This document shows positions 14,358-26,519 of a stretch of DNA of 40,526 nucleotides, piece after piece (the stretch's first letter is position 1; the number at the start of each line of letters is the position of its first letter). The translations under genes and the position numbers were made by a program. The notes below the pieces were generated by a model. That model ran no database searches. It worked only from the letters and a program-made list of their open reading frames with translations, and had not been told where the DNA came from. Source of the stretch: a bacterium (lineage in GTDB: Bacteria > SZUA-79 > Acidulodesulfobacterales > Acidulodesulfobacteraceae); assembly GCA_027335745.1 (NCBI GenBank), contig DAHWHJ010000023.1, positions 1 through 40,526 of the forward strand, given 5' to 3'.

Positions 14358-16292
14358 TTACTCTACCGTTACGCTTTTTGCAAGATTGCGGGGCTGGTCT
14401 ATATCCGTGCCTTTTAGCGCCGCTATGTGATAAGCCAGAAGCTGAAGAGGGATAGTATAAAGTATAGGGCTTATAACTTCGGACGTTTCGGGTATTTTTA
14501 TTAAATCCGAAATGCCGTCTATTTCAGGCTCATAGTCGGAAACGGTAATGATCCTGCCGCCTCTTGCCTTTATTTCTTCTATGTTCGATATTGTTTTCGG
14601 CGCAAGAGTATTATTCGACAAAAGAAACAATACCGGCATATTTTCGTCAACGAGAGCAATAGGACCGTGCTTCATTTCTCCGGCTGGATAACCTTCGGCA
14701 TGGATATACGAAATTTCTTTTAATTTTAAAGCTCCTTCAAGGGCTATAGGATATAATATTCCTCTTCCTAGGTATAAAAAATCAGAGTTTTTATAATATT
14801 TTTTTGCAATTTCTTTAATCATTTCGTCCATAAATAGGATCTGCTCGACTTTTTTAGGCAGTTCTATTATGTCTTTAAAAATTTTTCGTCCGTCGGCTCC
14901 TTTTGCCTTAGGAACGAAACCTTTAATTTCCCTGATATATAAAGCAAGAAGTAGACCGCACATAATCTGTGTAGTAAACGCCTTTGTGGAAGCCACGCCT
15001 ATTTCGGGACCGGCATGCGTGTATATGACGCCTTTATTAGACATAGTCGTTATTTGAGAACCGGGGACATTGGTAATTGAAAGTATGCCTGCATTTTCGG
15101 CTTTTGCAAGTTCAAGCGCGCTGTTAGTGTCGGCGGTTTCCCCCGACTGCGAAATACCTATAAATATATCGTCTTTTGCTATGGGAAAGTTTTCGTACCT
15201 GAATTCCGAACCGTATTCGACTATTACCGGCATACCGCAAATCGTTTCAGTCATATATTTAACGGCAAGACCCGCGTAATAAGAAGAACCGCAGGCGGTA
15301 ATAACTATTCGGGACGCTTTTTCTATATCTTTTTTTGTAAGTTTTAAATCTTCGAGTAAAATTTTAAACTCCGAAAAAGAATCGTCCGCGCCGACAATTG
15401 CAAGCGAAGTTTTATTGCCGTTTGTATTGCCGCCGTTTACAGGCATTATCCTTGATGAAAACGAGTCCAAAAGACAGGACGGCTGTTCAAATATTTCCTT
15501 TTGCATAAAATGGGAAAATCCGGTTTTTACGGACTTTGACGCATCCCAGTCTATTTTTGTAACGGTTTGAGCGACTTTTTTACCTTTAAAATTGGTCAAT
15601 TCCAACGTTCCATTGCGGAAATAAGCTATTTCGGAATTTTTTAAATATATCACCTCGTCGGAATATTCTATTAGGGGAGAAACATCGCTTGCAAAATAAA
15701 TTTCGCCGCCTTTATGAACCGCAACCAAGGGAGGCCCGTATTTTACCGCGGCAACGCTTTTTTCGGGAGCATATAACGCTAGAAATGCAAAAGCGCCGGA
15801 AAGTTCCTTTGCCGCAATCTTTACTGCTTCAAAGAAAGATTTGCCCCCGCTAATATTATCTTCGATTAAATGAGCGATAACTTCCGAATCGGTAGGGGTA
15901 ATAAATTTATGCCCTTTCTTTATGAGCCTGTTTTTTAAAAAGACGTAATTTTCTATTATTCCATTATGTACTATAGCGATATTGCCGGAACAGTCTGAAT
16001 GAGGATGGGCGTTGTCGTCCGTAGGCTTTCCGTGCGTAGCCCACCTGATGTGTCCAATGGCGATATTAGATTTTACCGGATTGATACAGCTGAATTCGTT
16101 CGAGAGATTAACAAGTTTTCCTGATTTTTTAATAGATTTTATCTTCTTTTCGCTTTCGTCGTAATAAGCGATGCCGGAAGAATCGTATCCTCTGTATTCA
16201 AGGCTTTTCAGTCCGTTTAAAACTATATCGACTGAGCTTTTTTTGCTTGAACCGCCGGAAAATCCCTCCGAATATCCAAAAATACCGCACAT
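14358..16292 (-). CDS. glmS: Glutamine--fructose-6-phosphate aminotransferase
   Basis: It begins with the N-terminal nucleophile MCGIFGY and carries two SIS domains (GISQSGETADT). The C-terminus ends KSVTVE. Confidence 0.95.
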   Translation of the reverse strand: MCGIFGYSEGFSGGSSKKSSVDIVLNGLKSLEYRGYDSSGIAYYDESEKKIKSIKKSGKLVNLSNEFSCINPVKSNIAIGHIRWATHGKPTDDNAHPHSDCSGNIAIVHNGIIENYVFLKNRLIKKGHKFITPTDSEVIAHLIEDNISGGKSFFEAVKIAAKELSGAFAFLALYAPEKSVAAVKYGPPLVAVHKGGEIYFASDVSPLIEYSDEVIYLKNSEIAYFRNGTLELTNFKGKKVAQTVTKIDWDASKSVKTGFSHFMQKEIFEQPSCLLDSFSSRIMPVNGGNTNGNKTSLAIVGADDSFSEFKILLEDLKLTKKDIEKASRIVITACGSSYYAGLAVKYMTETICGMPVIVEYGSEFRYENFPIAKDDIFIGISQSGETADTNSALELAKAENAGILSITNVPGSQITTMSNKGVIYTHAGPEIGVASTKAFTTQIMCGLLLALYIREIKGFVPKAKGADGRKIFKDIIELPKKVEQILFMDEMIKEIAKKYYKNSDFLYLGRGILYPIALEGALKLKEISYIHAEGYPAGEMKHGPIALVDENMPVLFLLSNNTLAPKTISNIEEIKARGGRIITVSDYEPEIDGISDLIKIPETSEVISPILYTIPLQLLAYHIAALKGTDIDQPRNLAKSVTVE

Positions 16293-16294
16293 TA

Positions 16295-17800
16295 TTAATT
16301 ATCTCCTTTGTTCCCTTTTTTAACTTTCATTTTTTTTAACGCCCAACCTTCGATATTCCGTTGAGGCGTTCTGGATATTGCCAGCGCGCCTTCCGGGACG
16401 TCTTTGGTTACGGTAGTTCCCGACCCTACGTACGAATTTTTTCCTACCTTGACGGGAGCGACGAGCTGTGAATCCGAACCGATAAAACACCCGTCTTCTA
16501 TTATAGTCTTATATTTCTTTTCTCCGTCATAGTTGCACGTTATAACGCCTGCGCCTATATTAACGCCGTCTCCGATGATAGCGTCGCCTATGTAGCTTAA
16601 ATGAGATGCTTTTGTATTTCTGCCGATAAAAGATTTTTTAACTTCGACGAAATTGCCTATTCGGCTGCCTTCGGCTAAAAAGGTTTCTGGTCTTAATCTT
16701 GCAAAAGGTCCAACCTGAACGTCATCCATTACGATAGAGTTTTCAATAACGCTGTAGCTTTTTATTTTTGCATTATTTAATATAGAAGAATCTTTAATAA
16801 CGCATCCGTTTTCAATTATGACGTCCTTAAATATTAAAGTTTTACCGGATATAAAAACGCCGGGATATATAACGGAACCTTCGCCTACTTTAACGTTATA
16901 ACCTATATAAACATTATCGTCCGATATAAAATTTACGCCGTTTATCATTAAATCTTTAATTAATCTTTTCTGCAATATTTTTTGCGCATTAAAAAGGTCA
17001 AGTTTAGAATTAACTCCGGCAAACTCTTCGCAGCCGCACGATTTATAGCAGGCGGTTTTTAACCCTGCTTCATAAAAAATATTTACTATATCGGTAAAAT
17101 AATATTCTTTTTTTCTATTGCCGGGTTGAATATTTTTTATAAATTTTCTTAACAGGTTCAGCTTGACTATATAAACGCCTGAATTAATTTCCTTTATTAA
17201 GGCGGTTTCCGGCGGATAATCGCAAAGTTCTTTTTCTTCTATTATTCTTTTTGGGCATTCTTTTTCATCCCGCAAAATTCTGCCGTAAGAATAAGGATTT
17301 TCGGCTTCCACCGACAAAACCGTCAAATCATTGCCGTTTTCTAAATGAAATTTTATAGTTTCTACAAAAGTTTCCGGTTTTATCAAAGGCATATCGCAGG
17401 GTAAAATTATTATGTCGGTTTCTTCGGCGCCTTTAGGAAACATATCAAGAGCTTTTTTGACGGCGTCGCCGGTGCCGAGATATTTATCCTGCACGCAGAA
17501 ATCTAAAGACAATCCTTTCTTTTTAAATCTTTTTTCTTTTAAAAGGTAATTTTTAACAAGTTCTCCTTTATGTCCTATTACCGTGCCTATTTTATCCAAT
17601 AAAATTTTGCTTTTATTTATTCCTCTCCGAGCGTTAAATTCCTTTCTTGCTTCTATTAACGATTTAATCGTATAAAATATTAGCGGATTTTCCAATAAAC
17701 TTGAAAGGGCTTTCGGGTTCTCGGATTTCATCCTCGTTCCCAGACCGCCCGCAAGGATAACCGCTCCTATATTTGTTGGTTTTTTGTTGGATTTTCTCAT
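16295..17800 (-). CDS. glmU: Bifunctional GlcNAc-1-P uridyltransferase / GlcN-1-P acetyltransferase
   Basis: AVILAGGLGTRMKS begins the nucleotidyltransferase domain. C-terminal left-handed beta-helix hexapeptide repeats follow (IGDGVNIGAGVITCNYDG). Confidence 0.93.
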   Translation of the reverse strand: MRKSNKKPTNIGAVILAGGLGTRMKSENPKALSSLLENPLIFYTIKSLIEARKEFNARRGINKSKILLDKIGTVIGHKGELVKNYLLKEKRFKKKGLSLDFCVQDKYLGTGDAVKKALDMFPKGAEETDIIILPCDMPLIKPETFVETIKFHLENGNDLTVLSVEAENPYSYGRILRDEKECPKRIIEEKELCDYPPETALIKEINSGVYIVKLNLLRKFIKNIQPGNRKKEYYFTDIVNIFYEAGLKTACYKSCGCEEFAGVNSKLDLFNAQKILQKRLIKDLMINGVNFISDDNVYIGYNVKVGEGSVIYPGVFISGKTLIFKDVIIENGCVIKDSSILNNAKIKSYSVIENSIVMDDVQVGPFARLRPETFLAEGSRIGNFVEVKKSFIGRNTKASHLSYIGDAIIGDGVNIGAGVITCNYDGEKKYKTIIEDGCFIGSDSQLVAPVKVGKNSYVGSGTTVTKDVPEGALAISRTPQRNIEGWALKKMKVKKGNKGDN

Positions 17801-17839
17801 ATTAATAACTATATATTATAATATAAAATTAAAAATATA

Positions 17840-19489
17840 TCAGCCGTCGTTTCTGTGCCTAAAAACGTCAAGGAGCGTCGAATAGCCGTAAGTCGTTTTT
17901 ATCGGAAATGCGACCGAAAGAAATACCGTAAATGCGGAAATAGCAAGACCGGCGATAAGCATATAGACGTTTTTGTACCCGATAAATATCAGGGCGGATA
18001 TTATTCCTATGAAACCGCCTATTACCGCGGCTATAAGCCTTTTTATGACGTGTATTAAAAAATTTTCCAACCCGGATATATTAGTCGGGTGAATTTTTAC
18101 CCTGAAATCTTCGGAATATGCCACATGCATAAGTCTTCTGGTGTCGTTAATAAATTCTTTGAACTGATTAAACCCGTTTTTTATTAAATTTATCGGGGAA
18201 AAGCCTTTTCCCAATTCTGTCTGTTTTATATATCTTTTTGCAACCGGAATTATATCTTTAACGAGGTTGTAAGATGGATTATATGCGGTGCCTATACCTT
18301 CCAGAAGCGCGGCCGTTTTAAATATATATACAAGGTTCTGAGGAAGCTCAAAAGGAAATGCGTAAAAACTTTTCATAATTTCGGTAATTATAACCTGTAT
18401 TTTTTTGCTTGAAATATCTTTCTGGCTTAAAACCTTATATAATTTTCCCGCCATATTTTCCAAAAGCTGACGGGAAACCTCTTTGTTAATTATTCCAAGG
18501 GCGTAATAAGCGTCTATTATTCCAGGGATATCCTCTTTTATGCCTGCAAGAACGGCCTTAATAAGATTTTGCTTTGTATCTTCCAATATATGAATAACGA
18601 GCCCAAAATCAAGCATTATAATTTTCCCTCCCCCGCTTACCAGAATATTCCCGGGATGAGGGTCGGCATGAACGATTCCGCTGACTAAAGCCTGATAAAT
18701 ATAAAATTCTATAAGTTTATCTATAATTTTTTTAGGGTCTAAGCCCATTTCTTTTATTTGTATAAAATTAGTAATCTTAATTCCTTTATAAAAATCCATA
18801 ACCAAAATATTTTTTGAGGTCAATTCGGAATATATTTTAGGAATTACGATAAAGTCGAGTTCTTTTGCAATCTTTCTAAATTCCTTTATATTTTTAGATT
18901 CGTGTATTAAATCCATTTCCTCGTAAATAGTAACGCTGAACTCTCTTAAAACTACGAAGATAGATTGAATGGATTTATTCTGAGGGAAAAAAAATTTTAA
19001 CAGGTTTAAAACGCTTCTTAATGTTCTTATATCTATGGCTACGTTTTTTTCGATGTCGGGTCTGATTGCCTTGACGATAACGTCTTTGCCTTTATAAACG
19101 GCTCTGTAAACTTGAGCGACCGAGGCGGCGGCTAAAGGTTCTTCGGTAAATTTTTCGAAAATACCGTCTATGCTTTTGCCTAAATCTTTTTCAATGATAG
19201 GTTTAATTTTTGAAAACGAAACGGGAGGAACTTCATCCTGCAATGTGGAAAGGGCTTCTAAATAAGCCGCCGGTAAAAAATCGGCTCTTGTAGAAATAAC
19301 CTGCGCCAATTTTATAAAAGTCGGCCCTAATGCCGCGATTATTTGAGTCAGCCGGCGAGCAGACTTAGAGTGGTATTTTTCGCTCAAAGTCCGCCTGGCT
19401 CCGAAAATCACAAACCTTTTTTGGGTAAAAAGTATAAATAAAATAAACGGCAGTGCTTTAAAAAATATAAAAAGATTTCTTTTTATCAA
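17840..19489 (-). CDS. ABC1/UbiB-family atypical kinase, membrane anchored
   Basis: LGPTFIKLAQVISTRADFLPAAYLEALSTLQDEVPP, VAVKAIRPD-like (VIVKAIRPD), HADPHPGNILV and MLDFG are present. TM helices lie at both ends. The TTG start is uncertain and overlaps the upstream stop (TTGA). Confidence 0.85.
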   Translation of the reverse strand: MIKRNLFIFFKALPFILFILFTQKRFVIFGARRTLSEKYHSKSARRLTQIIAALGPTFIKLAQVISTRADFLPAAYLEALSTLQDEVPPVSFSKIKPIIEKDLGKSIDGIFEKFTEEPLAAASVAQVYRAVYKGKDVIVKAIRPDIEKNVAIDIRTLRSVLNLLKFFFPQNKSIQSIFVVLREFSVTIYEEMDLIHESKNIKEFRKIAKELDFIVIPKIYSELTSKNILVMDFYKGIKITNFIQIKEMGLDPKKIIDKLIEFYIYQALVSGIVHADPHPGNILVSGGGKIIMLDFGLVIHILEDTKQNLIKAVLAGIKEDIPGIIDAYYALGIINKEVSRQLLENMAGKLYKVLSQKDISSKKIQVIITEIMKSFYAFPFELPQNLVYIFKTAALLEGIGTAYNPSYNLVKDIIPVAKRYIKQTELGKGFSPINLIKNGFNQFKEFINDTRRLMHVAYSEDFRVKIHPTNISGLENFLIHVIKRLIAAVIGGFIGIISALIFIGYKNVYMLIAGLAISAFTVFLSVAFPIKTTYGYSTLLDVFRHRNDG

Positions 19490-20949
19490 TAGTAATTGCC
19501 GGTTGAAATTATAGTTACGGTATCCGCGCCGGAATTAATGACGAAACAATAATGACCGTCCGGCGAAATTCTGACGGCAGACGGATAACTGCCGACTTTA
19601 ATAGTTTTAACGACTTCGGCTTTAGCAACGTCTATAATGCTTAAAGTAGCGCCCTGCGTATTTATTACGTAAAGATATCTTCCGTCGGGAGTAACCGCGG
19701 CGGCAGTAGGACCCTTGCCTGTATAAACGGTAGCTACTTTACCAAAAGGCTGAGACACGTAGCTTGAGGACGGAACATATGCCGGAGCGTATCCATTCGG
19801 CGTTATTTGGGGCGGAATTGTTTGGGGGGTAGCGGGAGAAACCTGTACCGGAGAAGTAACCGCCGTAGCAGGCGTCGTTCCTACTACCACCGGAGAAACC
19901 GGAGCAATACTGGCATATGAGGCGTTTGTCCTTTTAATCCTTATGAAAGCGGCGCTAGATGCCGAAGTTACCGTTACGAGAGCAACGCTTCCGTCCGGAG
20001 AAACGGCAACGTTTATAGGACCTGCCGGTAAATTTATCGTCTTTATATGATTAAAATGCACGGCATTATAAATAGACAGCGCCATATTTTGATAATTCAC
20101 CACAAAAAGCATCATTCCGTCCGGAGTTAAACCTAAAGAAGACGGATCGGATAAAGTTTTAAATTTTCTAACAAGAGCAAAATCTTTCTCGTTATAAACA
20201 TATATTTTGTTTCCTTTGCCGGAAGATACGTAAATATAGCGAACCGGAGCAGAATCAGGAGAAAATGCGACAGAAGTAGGATTTTTACCGGTATGTATAT
20301 TTCTTATAACGGAAAAAGTGGCTGCGTTAATTACGGAAACAGATGAACCTCCGGCATTTGCTACGATAATTATTTTCCCGTTAGGAGATATGGCAATTCC
20401 CTGCGGTTTTTTTCCGACCATTATTCTTTTAATTACGGCATTTTGCATAGTATTAATTACATCGACTTCGTTGTTATGGATATTGGTAACAAAAGCATAC
20501 CTCGAATCCGATGAAAAAACAACGTTTACAGGACTGCCGCCGGTGTTTATATTAAGAGCTTTGGTAAGAGTAGACATATTTAAGAGGCTGACGTTTCCGG
20601 AAGCGGTATTGCATACGTAAGCAAAGGTCAAAGAAGGCGCTATGGCAACCCCCGTAGGATGAGACCCGACTTTAATGGATGCCACCGTGCCTTTGGTAGC
20701 CATGCTCACTACCGAAACCGTATCATTATCGGAATTAGAAACAAGGGCATAATTGCCGTTAGGAGAAAAAGCTACGCCGAAAGGAAAACTACCCACGGGA
20801 ATATTTCTTGTAAGCCTCGGGACAAGCAATGCATATGCCTGCGAAAATATACCGGATATAATTAAAAAGGAAATAAAAAACGCAATGAAAATTCCTAATC
20901 CTCTGAACCTCCTGCCATTAAAATCTACAAAATTTTTTAACTTTGACAT
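19486..20949 (-). CDS. YVTN-family beta-propeller repeat protein with an N-terminal signal or anchor
   Basis: Nine roughly 42-aa repeats of the form PxGVAxSPDG..xYVxN...xVSVID are present. Seven come before and two come after a Pro/Thr/Ser/Val-rich linker. Confidence 0.85.
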   Translation of the reverse strand: MSKLKNFVDFNGRRFRGLGIFIAFFISFLIISGIFSQAYALLVPRLTRNIPVGSFPFGVAFSPNGNYALVSNSDNDTVSVVSMATKGTVASIKVGSHPTGVAIAPSLTFAYVCNTASGNVSLLNMSTLTKALNINTGGSPVNVVFSSDSRYAFVTNIHNNEVDVINTMQNAVIKRIMVGKKPQGIAISPNGKIIIVANAGGSSVSVINAATFSVIRNIHTGKNPTSVAFSPDSAPVRYIYVSSGKGNKIYVYNEKDFALVRKFKTLSDPSSLGLTPDGMMLFVVNYQNMALSIYNAVHFNHIKTINLPAGPINVAVSPDGSVALVTVTSASSAAFIRIKRTNASYASIAPVSPVVVGTTPATAVTSPVQVSPATPQTIPPQITPNGYAPAYVPSSSYVSQPFGKVATVYTGKGPTAAAVTPDGRYLYVINTQGATLSIIDVAKAEVVKTIKVGSYPSAVRISPDGHYCFVINSGADTVTIISTGNYY

Positions 20950-20981
20950 AATGCACCCGTTTATTAAATGTTTAAATTATT

Positions 20982-23030
<2,049 letters not shown>

Positions 23031-23042
23031 TTATTTATTCTT

Positions 23043-25121
23043 TTATTTATATAGCGAATTATAGACGTAATAATTAGCAAGAACTCTTTTTACGTAATTT
23101 CTTGTCTGATTAAACGGGATAAGCTCGATAAACAGGGGCATTTCATAATTTTTTAACAAATTATTCTTCCAATATGCAACGGCTCCGGGACCTGCGTTAT
23201 AAGATGCGATTGCAAGATACTTCCTATTATAGAATTGATTTAATAACGTTTTTAAATAATACGAACCGAAGCTTATATTTATATTTTTTCTATAAAGCAT
23301 AGAAGGATTAAAGTTATAGCATCCAGTCCGTCTTGCAATATAATAACCGGTCGAAGGTATTATCTGCATCAGCCCTATAGCGCTTGCGCTCGAATAACAT
23401 ACGGGATTATAAAGGCTTTCCTGCCTCATTACCCCATATATCAAGTTTACCGGAATACTATAACGGGACGAATATTTTTCAACATAGGCGTAATAAGGAC
23501 GCGGATAAAGAATTTTCAGAAACCCCCCGTCTAAAAGCAAAGATTTATACCTATAATTATAAATCAAATTTGAAGTTAAATTAACCGCCGCTCCGTAATC
23601 CCTATTTTTATAAAGCATATATGCAAAAAAGACGCTTATCTTTTTATTTTTAATATTTTTAATAAGAGGATATATTCTTTGCATTTCGATGTTTGAAAGG
23701 GAATATAATTTTAAATTTAAAAAAGCTTTAAATCTTTTGAAAGTTAAATATAAATAAGGGTCTGTTTCCAGCATTTTTTTGAATACCCCCGAATATTTAT
23801 AATTAATATTATAGCCGCCTTTACCGGAATAATTATCTATATAACCGACATTTTTATTTTTTACATATTTTCTACTTACCCCGTCTATCTTATTTATCAT
23901 AATCGAGGACATTACGCCGTAATAAGAATATCTAAGAAGCCTTGAGCCTTTTATTATATTAAAATAAAAAGAAGCTCTGCTTTTATACCCCAGTTTTTCT
24001 AAAGTAACCCCGTACCAGAAAAGAAATTTTGCGTTACCCGTATTAACTTTATCGTTCACCGCCAAAAAAGATTTAAGGCTGTTTGCGGCAGATACCGTTT
24101 TTCCGCTTGTTAAATCTTTTAGCGCCTCGCTCCATACGATTGCTTTGTATATTCTCATAGTATTTTCTGATAAAAATCCGTAATGATCGGCTATGTTACC
24201 GATAAGGAACATAGTTTCTTTCAGGTTATGCAAAATATAATAATAGTAACGCACTTTAAGATTTAAAATCCTTAATCTACGAACTCCGAAATATCGGTAG
24301 CAGTTCCCTGCTTTAACTTTGTTTAAGCATATATCGGCTTTTTTTAAAAAAGCAGGATTTTTAAGTTTCATTAGGTCTTTTAAAATTATAAATCTCGCCT
24401 CTCTGCCCTCTTTGCTTGTCCCTGAAATATTTTTTAAAAGCTCAAGGGATTTATCATAGTTGGAATCATAATATAAATCGATTCCCCGTTTGATTTTTTC
24501 AGGTTCGCTCAAGGCGGTTTCCTTGAAATTAATATTATGGATTTTGGAAAAATAAGGGTAGTCTATATAGAGTTGCAGTAAATAGCGCTCTGCAAGCTTG
24601 TGATTTTTCAGTTTCAGATACGCCTTATATATTTTAAACATAGCGTAAGAACGGACGGTCGATTTTTTGGAATGTTCGACTATGTAGCGCAGATGAGATA
24701 TTTCCGGATAATAACCGCCGATTTTCTCTTCGGAAAGCGCAAGATAAAATACGGCGTTTTTATAGAAAACAAATTTTGGATATGAATTTGCGAGCTTTAA
24801 AAAAACATAATCGGCTCTACGGTATTCTTTAAGCTTAAATAAGGATAACCCTTGATAATAAAGGGCATAATTCCTCAGCAGTCTGCCTTTTAACGCATAA
24901 AGCCAGAATTGCCCAGCCGAAGGTTCATATCTGCCGCGCATATAATTATCGTAGGCTTTTTTAAAAATAACTTCGTTTCCGAAGTTTAAATAAGGATAAG
25001 CATTTTTGCTTAAAAAATTAACTGAAGGATGAGTTGAAGAATAAGAATAAGATACCCTGATGTTTAAATTACATAAAACAAGACCGGCAGCGAGAATAAC
25101 GGTTAAAAAAATCTTGCGCAT
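23043..25121 (-). CDS. Soluble lytic murein transglycosylase (Slt70-like)
   Basis: It has a signal peptide and a long helical-repeat N-terminal domain. The C-terminal SLT domain reads GVMRQESLYNPVCYSSASAIGLMQIIPSTG ... AIASYNAGPGAV. Confidence 0.85.
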   Translation of the reverse strand: MRKIFLTVILAAGLVLCNLNIRVSYSYSSTHPSVNFLSKNAYPYLNFGNEVIFKKAYDNYMRGRYEPSAGQFWLYALKGRLLRNYALYYQGLSLFKLKEYRRADYVFLKLANSYPKFVFYKNAVFYLALSEEKIGGYYPEISHLRYIVEHSKKSTVRSYAMFKIYKAYLKLKNHKLAERYLLQLYIDYPYFSKIHNINFKETALSEPEKIKRGIDLYYDSNYDKSLELLKNISGTSKEGREARFIILKDLMKLKNPAFLKKADICLNKVKAGNCYRYFGVRRLRILNLKVRYYYYILHNLKETMFLIGNIADHYGFLSENTMRIYKAIVWSEALKDLTSGKTVSAANSLKSFLAVNDKVNTGNAKFLFWYGVTLEKLGYKSRASFYFNIIKGSRLLRYSYYGVMSSIMINKIDGVSRKYVKNKNVGYIDNYSGKGGYNINYKYSGVFKKMLETDPYLYLTFKRFKAFLNLKLYSLSNIEMQRIYPLIKNIKNKKISVFFAYMLYKNRDYGAAVNLTSNLIYNYRYKSLLLDGGFLKILYPRPYYAYVEKYSSRYSIPVNLIYGVMRQESLYNPVCYSSASAIGLMQIIPSTGYYIARRTGCYNFNPSMLYRKNINISFGSYYLKTLLNQFYNRKYLAIASYNAGPGAVAYWKNNLLKNYEMPLFIELIPFNQTRNYVKRVLANYYVYNSLYK

Positions 25122-25133
25122 ATTAATAAATTA

Positions 25134-26021
25134 TTAAATTTTATAATCAAAATCGAAATATCCCGTAAAAACTTCTTCCGCGGGTCCAACCATATAAACG
25201 CCTTCGTTTAACTCTCCCGATATTTTTAGCGTCCCCCCGTATAAATTTACGTTAAGACCGTTTTCCTTAATTTTTCCGGTCTTTCTCATAATGGAATATA
25301 CGGCGCATGCCCCCGTTCCGCATGCCAGAGTTTCGCCGGAACCTCTTTCCCAAGTCCTTACAAGCACATTTTTATCGTCCACCGTTTGAACGAATTCGAC
25401 GTTTATTCTTTTAGGAAACATTTTATTATTTTCGATTAATGAACCGTAGCAATGCACGTCGAAATTTTTAACGTCTTCGACGAATACCGCGCAATGCGGG
25501 TTTCCCATGGAAACGCACGATATTTCAAATTCTTTTCCTCCAGCGTCTATTTTTTCGCTAATAATTTCCGGTTTTTCAAAAATTGCGGGAACTTTTTCGG
25601 TTTTAAATTCCGGAAGCCCCATAAATACTCCAGCTTCTTTTACAGTCCCCGTCCCCTCGTTTAAAAATACTTCTACGGTCTTTATTCCCGCAAGAGTTTC
25701 TATGTTTATAATTTTTTTATCCGTAAGATGTCGGTCATATACATACTTCGCAAAGCATCTTATACCGTTTCCGCACATTTCTCCTTCGGAACCGTCGGCG
25801 TTAAACATACGCATACGAAAATCGGCTTCGCCGCCGCGGGAAGGCGGCAAAATTATTATAATGCCGTCCGACCCTGCTCCGAAATGCCTGTCGCTGATTT
25901 TCACGGCAAGCTCATTATAAAAATCCGTATCGTCCGAAACGCAGGCAGGCAAATCGTTTATTGCGTCTAAATAAAGATAGTCGTTCCCGGCGCCTTGAAG
26001 TTTCGTAAATTTTATATTCAT
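25134..26021 (-). CDS. dapF: Diaminopimelate epimerase
   Basis: FTKLQGAGNDYLYLD is present, together with the two catalytic Cys contexts EMCGNGIRC and TLACGTGACA. Confidence 0.95.
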   Translation of the reverse strand: MNIKFTKLQGAGNDYLYLDAINDLPACVSDDTDFYNELAVKISDRHFGAGSDGIIIILPPSRGGEADFRMRMFNADGSEGEMCGNGIRCFAKYVYDRHLTDKKIINIETLAGIKTVEVFLNEGTGTVKEAGVFMGLPEFKTEKVPAIFEKPEIISEKIDAGGKEFEISCVSMGNPHCAVFVEDVKNFDVHCYGSLIENNKMFPKRINVEFVQTVDDKNVLVRTWERGSGETLACGTGACAVYSIMRKTGKIKENGLNVNLYGGTLKISGELNEGVYMVGPAEEVFTGYFDFDYKI

Positions 26022-26048
26022 GATTTTTATTTTATTTGTTTAATTGAT

Positions 26049-26447
26049 TTAATAGCCGTTATGTTCTTTTAATATTTTTTTCAACGAAGTATTTCCCGTC
26101 GAAGTAAAACTGTGGCTTATTACTATTCCGTTCTTTATGACGACTTTGAGTTTCTGTTTATATTTTCTGGTGGACGTAGTTAGTATTTCGTTTCCCAGAT
26201 GCACGTATTTTTTGTATTTAAATCTATACTTATAAGTAACCGTACCCGGCGTTAACGGATTTTTTTCTATAGAATAAGGCGGACCGAACATAGAAACGAT
26301 TTGCGCTTCGGTGGTAGCCCCGTTTATTATTTTACCGACGTTTGCAGACATAATAGGCTTGCCCTGCATATTACGCGTCGTGGCGCATCCGGTTAATAAA
26401 ACGCCTGAAATAAAAATAATCGAAAAAAATATAATGATCTTTTTCAT
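26049..26447 (-). CDS. Lipoprotein, SmpA/OmlA (BamE-like) domain
   Basis: A lipobox LLTGC is present. The segment GATTEAQIVSMFGPPYSIEKNP resembles the BamE core. Confidence 0.65.
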   Translation of the reverse strand: MKKIIIFFSIIFISGVLLTGCATTRNMQGKPIMSANVGKIINGATTEAQIVSMFGPPYSIEKNPLTPGTVTYKYRFKYKKYVHLGNEILTTSTRKYKQKLKVVIKNGIVISHSFTSTGNTSLKKILKEHNGY

Positions 26448-26487
26448 AATAGTTATTGCCCCTTAAGTTAAATTTTCCTAAAAAATT

Positions 26488-26496
26488 ATTATACCA
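26488..26496 (-). promoter_or_regulatory. Extended -10 element TGGTATAAT upstream of the lipoprotein gene
   Basis: The reverse complement of 26488-26496 is TGGTATAAT. An AAGGGG SD lies downstream. This is the candidate start of the long minus-strand array. Confidence 0.4.
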
Positions 26497-26519
26497 ATGT
26501 TTGCAGAAAAATGAAACTT

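Noticed and set aside
16293-16294. A glmS ribozyme or riboswitch upstream of glmS.
   Set aside because: glmS starts 2 nt after the glmU stop. There is no leader that could hold the roughly 170-nt ribozyme.
25452-25970. Three plus-strand ORFs (70, 137 and 80 aa) inside dapF.
   Set aside because: They are antisense to an unambiguous dapF gene that has both catalytic Cys motifs. Their sequences are low-complexity and shadow-like.
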